A program made the position numbers and the translations under genes. A stretch of DNA of 63,978 nucleotides, counting the filler, from Dicyema japonicum (taxonomy: Eukaryota > Animalia > Dicyemida): the NCBI GenBank assembly GCA_011109175.1. It is 4 parts of 4 records of this genome, joined end to end, with 100 filler letters (N's around TTAATTAATTAA, not from the genome) between each part and the next. Parts side by side here need not be neighbours in the genome. Positions count along the whole stretch, not along the records: positions 48,772 to 62,511 come from RDEW01000116.1; positions 62,612 to 63,978 come from RDEW01000281.1; 2 more parts are not named here. One strand, written 5' to 3'. Shown piece by piece: positions 55,730 to 63,978 of the stretch. The notes under the pieces were generated by a model that did no database searches, was not told where the DNA came from, and was given only the letters and a program-made list of their open reading frames with translations. Positions within the stretch are counted from its first letter, which is position 1. Each line of letters begins with the position of its first letter.

Positions 55730-55934
55730 TATTTATATATATTACTAAGGGACATCGCGTCTATCTTCAATAAATAAAATGATCTTAAAGAATACAACTC
55801 AAGAAAAAAATAAATTNCGGATTGGAATTCAAAAACTAACTGATGGATTAACTATGCGAAGAAAATAAAATCAAACATATTTATGGAAGATCAAACCATT
55901 CTCAGTCACAAGTTTATAAATTTGAAATAAATTA

Positions 55935-56252
55935 GGGCGTGATTAAGCGCTTCAATCAGACATTGACACGGGGTGTGGCAACACTGATAGAAAAAGAAGG
56001 AACTAAAAATTGGAAACAATTTTTAGACAAAGTAACTTTTTCGTATAATACAACACATCACACCCTTCAAAAAGTTTAGGGGTATTTCTGGAATTAACAC
56101 TGTGATTCATAAGTAGGGCGATTTTTTTTTAACCTAAAAAATAAAAATTTTAACCGAAAAAATTTAACTTTATTAACCTAAAAACTAAAAAAATTAACCC
56201 AAAAATTTAACTTTATGACTAAACAATAAAAACACTAAAACTGTTTGTTACA
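55935..56252 (+). mobile_element. rve-type integrase C-terminal fragment plus subterminal repeats and a TGTTTGTTACA end (Ginger/Maverick-like)
   Basis: GVIKRFNQTL...KNWKQFLDKVTFSYNN resembles the ERFNRTL...W...AYN integrase motif; TAACCY-AAAAA repeats at 56125-56205; ends ...GTTACA. Confidence 0.45.
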
Positions 56253-56291
56253 CATACAAATTACATAATATATCATTACGCGTGGATTGAC

Positions 56292-59200
56292 GTGGACCAC
56301 TTGACAAAACTGTTTATTTCAAAGAAAAGTAAAGATAAAGTTCCGAAGATATTCTCACATGATACTGTTCCCTGCACGAAATGCCTCTCCTCCATTCCCA
56401 GGAAGAACGGGTTCAGATGCCCAATCTGTCAGCAGTATTTCCACCTCAGCAAGATGTTCTTACATGATACTGTTCCCTGCACGAAATGCCTCTCCTCCAT
56501 TCCCAGGAAGAACGGGTTCAGATGCCCAATCTGTCAGCAGTATTTCCACCTCAGCTGCCTTAAAATTTCGAAAAAGGCCGCGATAAAGATTCCCAACCTG
56601 CTCTGCCCCTCATGCCTCCCATCCAAAAGTCTTGCATCGAATGCTTTACGAAGTGCTCTTTTGCCTTCTTCTCTCTCACAGGAGGATATACGCAAGAATA
56701 ACCGAAGCGCCTTTTCCGAGGTCCCTGAAACGGCAAGAACTTTTCCAACTGGCGCTAATGATCACCCTCTGGATGTTGACTCTTTTCTCATCAAATTATC
56801 CGAGTTCCGAGGCTCCCTGAAAATTCCCCTGCGGATTCCCAAGTCCGCCAGGATACAGGTTTCCACATGCCTCTCTTCCTTCATCAACGACGCCCTTACG
56901 TCCGACAGCTGCGAAGCTTGGTCTCGTCTAATCAGCTTCGCCCCACTTGCGCTCGGAATCCCTATCCGCACTGGGAGGAACCCATGTCCTCTCTCGACAT
57001 TGATCAAAGAGAACATCAACAGAATCTCTTCGCACCCAATAACAACCCTACAAGAAGTTAATTGCATACGTCCCCAAAAGAACAAAAATAACATCCTAAA
57101 CTGCTCAGAAAACACCCTGAATGAACGTGTCAGTATCAAACTAGCCGAAGGTGACGTCCGCGCTGCGATTCGCACAGTCTCAAACGACGACACAGTGCTA
57201 AAACCGACTCCTGATGTCCTTACCCATCTGAGATCAAAACACCCGGACCCTCCTCCTGATGTACGACCTCTTACTCGCCCATCTGTGCTTTCCACCCTCA
57301 ACTTCTCAGAAGAAGAAATCAGAATCTTAATCAAATCATTTGGGAAAAGCAGCTGCGGCGGGCTCGATGGCCTACGCCCGGGGCATATCAAGGACCTCAC
57401 CTCTCCCTCAACAGGAGAGGCAGGCAATACCCTGATATCCGCTATAGCCGCTCTAGCCGGTAGGATATTGGGCGGTGAGATCCCCCACTTTGCGAGGAAC
57501 ATGCTCTTCTCGGCACATCTTCTTGCATTCCGGAAAAAGGACGGCGGAATCCGCCCCATAGCAGTTGGAAACTACTTCCGCCGCCTGACCGCTAAATTGG
57601 CTGCGAGGAGTGTATGCCCTCGCCTCAGCTCCGAATTTGCTCCTCGCCAACTCGGGGTGGGGATCGCCAACGGTTGTGAGGCCGCAGTCCACGCTGCCAG
57701 AAGTCTTTTCTTTTCTAACGGAGCACTCAGCTCCCCCCACGCAGCCGTGAAGCTCGACTTACGCAACGCTTTCAACAGCGTAAGGAGAGATCGCATCCTC
57801 GACGCTTGCCTTAAAAGGGCCCCGGAGATCGCCCAGTTGGTTTTCCTTTCCTACGGCGAAGAAAGCACGCTTATCTTTGGAAACGAAGTCGTCCGCTCCC
57901 GGACAGGAGTTCAGCAGGGTGACCCACTCGGGCCCCTCCTTTTCGCCCTCGCAATCGATGATGCCGTACACTCCCTAAACTCTCCTTTCAATTTGTGGTA
58001 CTTGGACGACGCATCGATCTGTGGATCCATTGAGTCTATTTCCCGGGACCTCTCACAACTTATCCCTGCCCTCGGACTACTCGGACTTGAATTAAACGAA
58101 GGAAAGTGCGAGCTTTTGAACATCAACTATCTTCAGGAAAACTTTCTCGATCTGAGAAAATCAATAACCGATCTTATCCCCGGAGTCAAGACCACCAACA
58201 TGTCCGAAGCGACATTCCTCGGCTGCCCGCTCAGCCCAGCGGGCCTCAGGGCCCACCTGGTGAAGAAGGACTTGGAATTCTGTGAGCTCACAAGCAAGCT
58301 TCTGAAATTAGACTCGCACATCGCCTTCTTCCTTATGAAAAGCAGTATTCACATGCCGAAACTGCTGTATACGCTCCGCTGCCTGCCATGCTACTCCCAT
58401 CTTGACATTCTATCCTCTATGGAAACGTCCCTGAAATCGTCCACGGAAGCAGTTCTGAACATCGCCTTTGACGAAATCGGTTGGACCCAAGGAAAACTCC
58501 CCGTCAGGTTCGGAGGGATCGGCCTCCGCTCGCCCAAAGACCTGGCGCCGCATGCCCACTTCTCTTCAGTTTCCAGCAGCCGCCAGCTTGTCCGAGAAGT
58601 TCTACTCCCCTTCAACGAACTCTCTCTGGGTTTTCCGGCTGACGACCTGCAAAAATTTTGGACTGCCGCCAACCTCCCTATCCCTTCTGAGATGTCCAGA
58701 CAGAAAGAATGGGACGAGATCTGGGCATCTCAGTCCTTTTCAACGCTACAGCCCCTTCTGGACCAACACCGCCTGGCGTGCTTGCTCTCCGCAGCACAGA
58801 AACACAGTGGCTCCTGGCTCGACGCATTTCCGTCGGCATCAACGGGCTCGTTGTTGGACGACGAGACCCTCCGGATTGGAACTGCTCTCCGGTTGGGTCT
58901 TGACATCTGCACGCCTCATCGGTGCCGATGCGGAGGAGTGGTGGATGTGAAAGGGCTGCACCCCCTCTCGTGCCGCCGGAGCGCAGGCCGCTCGCCTCGT
59001 CATGGGGCACTCAACGACGTTATCTCCAGAGCACTGAATGCTGCCGGCTTCCCGAATGTTCTCGAACCAGTCGGTCTGGACAGGGGGGACGGCAAGCGCC
59101 CGGATGGGATGACAACCTTCCCATTCCGGAATGGTAAATGCCTGATCTGGGACGCCACGTGCACAGACACGTGGTCCCCGTCCGCAATTCTCTCTTCGGC

Positions 59201-59465
59201 ATCCTCTCCTGGATCGGCCGCGGCTTTGGCGGAAGCCCACAAAACTGAAAAGTATTCGAAAATCGCCGCCCAACATTCGTTTGTCCCGCTCGCTTTTGAG
59301 ACCTCTGGTGCCTCCGGGCCGCAGACATCCAAATTCCTGAAGGACGTCGGCCTCCTTATCGCTCGCAGGAAAATGGACGAACGCGAATCCTCTTGGTTGT
59401 GGCAGAGGATTTCGCTCACAATCGTGCGCGGTAATGCGCAAGCTATCCGTTTGGCAGGGATCTAA
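56292..59465 (+). CDS. Uninterrupted 1057-aa CRE-clade non-LTR retrotransposon ORF: PHD finger, RT, CCHC, restriction-like endonuclease
   Basis: C4HC3 finger CTKC...CPIC...HLSC...CPSC; RT motifs GGLDGLRP, IRPIAVG, QLGVG, KLDLRNAFNSV, GVQQGDPLGPLLF, WYLDD; CRCG...HPLSC; RHGALND; RPDG...WDATCTD; WQRISLTIVRGN. GC-richer than flanks; start codon uncertain (GTG 56292 or ATG 56455). Confidence 0.92.
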   Translation: MDHLTKLFISKKSKDKVPKIFSHDTVPCTKCLSSIPRKNGFRCPICQQYFHLSKMFLHDTVPCTKCLSSIPRKNGFRCPICQQYFHLSCLKISKKAAIKIPNLLCPSCLPSKSLASNALRSALLPSSLSQEDIRKNNRSAFSEVPETARTFPTGANDHPLDVDSFLIKLSEFRGSLKIPLRIPKSARIQVSTCLSSFINDALTSDSCEAWSRLISFAPLALGIPIRTGRNPCPLSTLIKENINRISSHPITTLQEVNCIRPQKNKNNILNCSENTLNERVSIKLAEGDVRAAIRTVSNDDTVLKPTPDVLTHLRSKHPDPPPDVRPLTRPSVLSTLNFSEEEIRILIKSFGKSSCGGLDGLRPGHIKDLTSPSTGEAGNTLISAIAALAGRILGGEIPHFARNMLFSAHLLAFRKKDGGIRPIAVGNYFRRLTAKLAARSVCPRLSSEFAPRQLGVGIANGCEAAVHAARSLFFSNGALSSPHAAVKLDLRNAFNSVRRDRILDACLKRAPEIAQLVFLSYGEESTLIFGNEVVRSRTGVQQGDPLGPLLFALAIDDAVHSLNSPFNLWYLDDASICGSIESISRDLSQLIPALGLLGLELNEGKCELLNINYLQENFLDLRKSITDLIPGVKTTNMSEATFLGCPLSPAGLRAHLVKKDLEFCELTSKLLKLDSHIAFFLMKSSIHMPKLLYTLRCLPCYSHLDILSSMETSLKSSTEAVLNIAFDEIGWTQGKLPVRFGGIGLRSPKDLAPHAHFSSVSSSRQLVREVLLPFNELSLGFPADDLQKFWTAANLPIPSEMSRQKEWDEIWASQSFSTLQPLLDQHRLACLLSAAQKHSGSWLDAFPSASTGSLLDDETLRIGTALRLGLDICTPHRCRCGGVVDVKGLHPLSCRRSAGRSPRHGALNDVISRALNAAGFPNVLEPVGLDRGDGKRPDGMTTFPFRNGKCLIWDATCTDTWSPSAILSSASSPGSAAALAEAHKTEKYSKIAAQHSFVPLAFETSGASGPQTSKFLKDVGLLIARRKMDERESSWLWQRISLTIVRGNAQAIRLAGI

Positions 59466-59690
59466 CTGCCCCCTGCCAACGCTCGCAAATCAAGCTCGCC
59501 TTCCTATTTATTCGATAATTGTGTTGTTTAATTAAATTAAAGTATATTTTTAAATTAAAGCTATTATCATATTTGATTTTGACAGAGTGTGCAATTAAGA
59601 TGCAATTAAGAGATTGCACGATTTTGAGGATGTAATATATCCCACGAATTTCGATTATTTCTGATGAATTACCGTTTAGATTTAAATGGC

Positions 59691-59935
59691 TTTTCACATG
59701 GACATGGGCAGCTGTAGGCTTTTCACATGAACAGGGATGCTCAAGGGTAGGCAGAAGAGAAAATTTATTCATATATGCCAAGGACGGACGACAAACATCG
59801 TTTATCAACAGGCGTTAGAATAGGGTTACATCAAACCAGGTCGTTTTATATATCTACATAAACTTATAGTAGTTTGATAAAACAGGCCCTCCGCAGGAGC
59901 TAGATCGCGGTGAGCGAAGCGAGCTGCTGAGCTAG
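59691..59935 (+). mobile_element. Helitron-like 3' end (GCGAAGC hairpin, CTAG|T)
   Basis: CGCGGTGAGCGAAGCGAGCTGCTGAGCTAG|T ending at 59935; inverted copy of 49125-49348. Confidence 0.6.
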
Positions 59936-60047
59936 TTATTAATAATATTGTTGTTATTCTGTTTTCCAGGTGGAGCACACATCGACATATAAGCACGTTA
60001 ACTCTTATTAGTGCTATCAGTAATTAAAGCAAAATAAATCCCACGAG

Positions 60048-61707
60048 TTAATGAAGCAACCCTTCCCCCATTCCAAATAACAGAATTACCAAGAAAACAA
60101 GCATGGATAATCCATTACTTCCAATTCCGCTTGTTTCAAACGACTCTACTTCCACAAGAGAATAGAACGACACCAAGAAATGGTCTAGTTCAACCTCGTT
60201 TTCACTTCCGTCTTCAAAGTAGCAAGAAGGACAATCAGAATGTGCAGGAAATTGAATTTTCTTATGCACTGGATCTTCTGAAGAGGACCCTTTGATTCGA
60301 AGATTGACAGAATTGTGTGCTGCGCGGAGAAACAGCACAGCGTCGGTTGAAGAATTTACACTTTGTTCGATTTGAGGAACAAAATTTTGAAAATGTTCAG
60401 CACACTCGCGACATGTAAAAATATGCTTCACAAAGTCCGCAATTATAATAATAGGCAGCTTTGGAGATTCTACAAATTAAATCAGACTCAACTGACTCAA
60501 AACTGGGCCGCGAGAAAATTGGACTGTGATGTAATGGAAGAGAAGCCATAAACCACAAGGATATCCTCGATATTGTGGTTTGCTTCCTCGGCAGTGTCTC
60601 CAATCCTGAGGAATTGCCTTGAGACTGTCACTTGAAGAAAAATACCATGCAGTTGGGAAGGAGTTTGAATTTATTTGTCATGACAGATGAAGCATTGTGC
60701 AATAAATAATTCATTTCTTTAAAACATTTTTCAAGTCCGTCATCAAAGTGAAGAGTCTTAGTCATAAGTATAAACATATCTCGGAAAGCTATCACAGAAT
60801 TTATCACTAGTTTTGGGTGAAGAGATGCATCCTTATATATTATCAAGTATATTGCGCCCAACAAATCATCTTTGGTTGGTCGACTTGAATATAATTTATT
60901 ATTGGTTTGTCTAATATATTTAGTGACGTGGTCGGACGGATTGTTTGTAACCAATTTTGTGTAGTTTAGTGGAAGGACAGAATAAAGCGATTTCAAATAT
61001 TCCCGAAATGATTTTGCATCTCTAATGTAAAAAAAAATTCAATACTTTGAAACTACTAATGTTTTGCTCCCATTTTTAAAAAGAAGAACGTTGGATGACT
61101 TGTACTTTGCAGGTACGTCCTTACTTATTAAGTGAGAAAATGTTAGTTGAGGATATGAAGATAATTTTAGCCACAACTACAATTATTTCTAATAAATACC
61201 ATTATTGAAAGTGGATCAGATTCTGTGGAACTGACGTAGATTACTTGTGGGTTTGGCAAAATCAGAATTTCAGTAAAAGAATAATATTTATTCATTGGAG
61301 ATATTACAGATGGATATGTATTTGATATATATATCATTTCGGCATGAAATTGTTTCCGGGTATTGATAGTTGTTATTTCCTTTTTATATTCTGGAGGAGA
61401 TGAGAACTAGTGATTACGTAAAAATTGAATACAATTATAGTTGGGAAACCAATAATGCGATTATCTTTGCAAATTTCAAGGTTTATTCTACATTCAATTT
61501 TTTGTAATGATATGATCGGAGGAGAATACTCTAATAAACTAAATGAGAAAATCTGCCTGATACTACATCCACGAATTCATTCCATTTTGGCATAAAACGT
61601 ATGCAATGCACACATTGTGAATCATAATATAAATTTACACGGATTTTGGCATAAGATGAATTAAGGTTAATGAATGTTAATGAAATTAATAACAAAGTAA
61701 GTAACAT
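60048..61707 (-). CDS. QSOX: Quiescin sulfhydryl oxidase (signal peptide, Trx CxxC, Trx2, ERV/ALR, TM), at least 7 exons
   Basis: [10 protein letters not shown]... signal; QCVHC; [12 protein letters not shown]; [23 protein letters not shown]; [10 protein letters not shown]; HNSVNLRI; [11 protein letters not shown]; CPSC; C-terminal TM. Introns 61531-61556 (26, GC-AG), 61407-61432 (26), 61177-61199 (23), 61022-61045 (24), 60618-60645 (28, tentative), 60470-60496 (27). Confidence 0.88.
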
Positions 61708-62049
61708 AGTGCAAATAATTGATAAAATGTATTAATTTTATTAACATTTTAAACTTCGTTAAATTCTATTAAGAAAAATATTAAGAAATAATAATAATAA
61801 ATAAATAAATAATCGTTAAAATAATAAAATAAAGAAAAATGCTAAAATTGAAATATCGTATTTGCCAGAATCGTAGTAACATAGTGCAAATAATTATAAA
61901 ATGTATTAATTTTATTAACATTTTAAACTTCGTTAAATTCTATTAAGAAAAATATTAAGAAATAATAATAATAAATAAATAAATAATCGTTAAAATAATA
62001 AAATGAAGAAAAATGCTAGAATTGAAATATCGTATTTGCCAGAATCGTT
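61701..62049. repeat. About 174-bp AT-rich tandem duplication at the QSOX 5' end
   Basis: GTAACATAGTGCAAATAAT...TTGCCAGAATCGT occurs twice. Confidence 0.85.
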
Positions 62050-62511
62050 ATGGCTAGGATCAGCATCAAAATGCATCTCGTGCGTTTAAAGAAGACTATA
62101 CCCAAAAATTCTAGAGAAGCCGGATATATGATCGGAAAGCTAAACTTTAATCCAGTTACTCAAGAAGCTTATAAACAACACATTGAATGTCTATTGAAAA
62201 ACCTGGACATGGCTCAGCCGAATCAAGACATTTGGAATAGCCTAATTGAAGGGATACATACGGCAGCGGATAAGCATATCGGAAAGAAGATTGAAACTGG
62301 AGGAAAATTTATGAAAGCCTGCCATCCTGAAGTTTCAATGATATCTTTAAGGCAAAAAATGTCTCAGGCTAAAATACTATTGACGCGACCAAAAAACAGA
62401 TATTAAAAACAGATAGTAATTCTTTGAAATGGCAAATAAAGAAACTAAACAACGAGCATATAAAAAATCTAATGAGGGCTAATATAAGTGAAGTCGAAAA
62501 CTTATATCCGG
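62050..62511 (+). mobile_element. RTE EN-RT linker fragment cut by a spacer
   Basis: MARISIK...AYKQHIE...WNSLIEGIHTAADKHIG...HPEVS parallels 7598-8300. Confidence 0.55.
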
Positions 62512-62611
62512 NNNNNNNNNNNNNNNNNNNNNNNNNNNNNNNNNNNNNNNNNNNNTTAATTAATTAANNNNNNNNNNNNNNNNNNNNNNNNNNNNNNNNN
62601 NNNNNNNNNNN
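62512..62611. other. Artificial 100-nt spacer
   Basis: 44 N + TTAATTAATTAA + 44 N. Confidence 0.95.
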
Positions 62612-62843
62612 AATTCGTAGATATCTTTAAGTGCCAAGAGCCCGTTTGGACCGAGGTGCTTTAGGTGGAATATGCTGATCCGATCGGGTCCCGTGGCTGG
62701 AGAGTTGAATATGGTTTAAGATTAACTACTCTTTAACTTTAAATTTAATTCACAATACTTATTTAAAAAACATTGATAAATAATTATTAATTAATTAAAA
62801 ATTCAAATTTGAATATTTTGTGTTTTGTTGTCATTCAGTAAAT

Positions 62844-63934
62844 ATGGGAGATTCTAATGTAAAAGAAAGTTAAATGATATTATAGATAATTGAATTGAAG
62901 GCTGAACTCCATAAAAAGCAGCTATTATACAAAGACCGTAAAAAGAAGTCGGTTAATGAGTATCGACAATTCTAATGTAAAAGAAAGTTAAATGATATTA
63001 TAGATAATTGAATTGAAGGCTGAACTCCATAAAAAGCAGCTATTATACAAAGACCGTAAAAAGAAGTCGGTTAATGAGTATCGACAATTGAAAATGAAGA
63101 AGTCACCTGATGAAGTAGAAAAACTATCCTCAGAAACACCTCAGCCGGAAGAAATTGAGGACAAAGAGATTTTCGAAAAATCCAAGTCTCATTTTTATAG
63201 TAAGTTTCAGATCAGCTTTACTCAGAAAATCCCAACTCTACGAATCTCTCAACAATGGAAGCTCTGATCCGTCACAAGAAAATCTCTTCCTCGTGGATTT
63301 TAGCAGGAAAGAGATCTCCACCTCTCATTTTGACGAAATAGATCCTTCTCCCAATGAATCTCAGCTTAATGAGCCAAAAATGACAAAGAAACCCGAAAAG
63401 GTGTTTTATGAGGATATTTTGGGGGATGGTTTTTTTTATTATCACTTTTTTAGAAATGAGAGCTCATGGTGTCTCGTATTACAATCTATCACGTGACGAA
63501 GGGGAGAGAATGAGGCAGCTGAAGATGTTTGATGACTTTGAGAAGGAGGCTGAAGCGAAAAGAAAGGAACATAATAAGAAGGTCGAAGAACGACAGTCCG
63601 CTTTGGCTGAGAGACTGAATAAAATTAAACGGAAAAAGCTCAGAGAAGCGGGACTTGACCCAGAACTTTTTGGTGGAGGTTGTTTTTGTTGATGAATGCA
63701 GTGGATTCTTACGAGGAAGTCGTTGTCGCCAAAAGAGACCCTTCACCCGAGACTGTTGTCGAACAAAAATCATTGGAGGTGAATAAGGAAGATCATGAAG
63801 TAATAGAATGGGATGTTGGGAAACGGAATTACTCGAAGACAACCCGTTTGGATGACAGTGAGTTTGAGAGGGACCGCAAGTACTATGAAAATAAAAGAAG
63901 TCAGAGAGATCTTGAATTTGCCCCTTATTATTGA
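62844..63934 (+). CDS. CCDC174: CCDC174-like (DUF4078) coiled-coil protein, 5 exons, interrupted by a 118-bp duplication
   Basis: IIELKAELHKKQ, KSQLYE, YEDILGDEMRAHGVSYYNLSRD, LAERLNKIKRKK, EWDVGK...RDLEFAP match remembered CCDC174 motifs. Introns 62859-62885 (27), 63186-63210 (25), 63429-63453 (25), 63679-63701 (23). Duplication 62851-62968 / 62969-63086. Confidence 0.72.
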
Positions 63935-63978
63935 CATTTTTAATTTTTTATTAACTCCTAATATATTAGGGAGACGTT

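Noticed and set aside
56125-56205. TAACCY repeats as telomeric sequence
   Set aside because: Irregularly spaced within A-runs and not tandem; better explained as transposon subterminal repeats.
56359-59441. Numerous overlapping antisense and alternative-frame ORFs within the CRE ORF, and similarly within other LINEs
   Set aside because: Expected shadow ORFs of GC-richer coding sequence; no recognisable domains.
62630-62720. GC-rich segment as a tRNA or HDV-like ribozyme
   Set aside because: Only 5-bp stems; no T-loop GTTC, no P1.1 or L3 motifs.

Overview
AT-rich eukaryotic (animal) genomic scaffold, not a prokaryote. Five spliced host genes can be reconstructed by hand: NDUFB11 (2341-2888, -), HSPA13/STCH (11187-12568, +), RBBP4/7 (16045-17508, -), QSOX (60048-61707, -) and a CCDC174-like gene (62844-63934, +). 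There is also a USP-type deubiquitinase relic and a probable orphan gene. The most striking property is the intron system. Of 29 introns I could place, 28 are 21-28 nt long (the other is 54 nt). Several sit at positions I recall as conserved with vertebrate orthologues. Their 5' splice sites are strongly degenerate (G at +5 in only 4/29, T in 16/29) and one is GC-AG. This points to a reduced parasitic metazoan such as a dicyemid or myxozoan (inference). Most of the remaining sequence is transposon debris: hAT with a perfect 8-bp TSD, Tc1, pogo, Helitron ends, a Ginger-like integrase, and RTE, Jockey/I-type, Ingi/Vingi-like and R4/Dong-like LINEs. There are also many CRE-clade fragments plus one uninterrupted 1057-aa CRE-like ORF with an N-terminal PHD finger. 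A recurrent LINE 3'-end signature, GGATCACYTR ('GIT-stop'), occurs about 11 times. Three artificial 100-nt spacers, two N gaps and many ~90-400 bp tandem duplications show that the assembly is imperfect. Family and gene assignments come from remembered motifs, not database searches.
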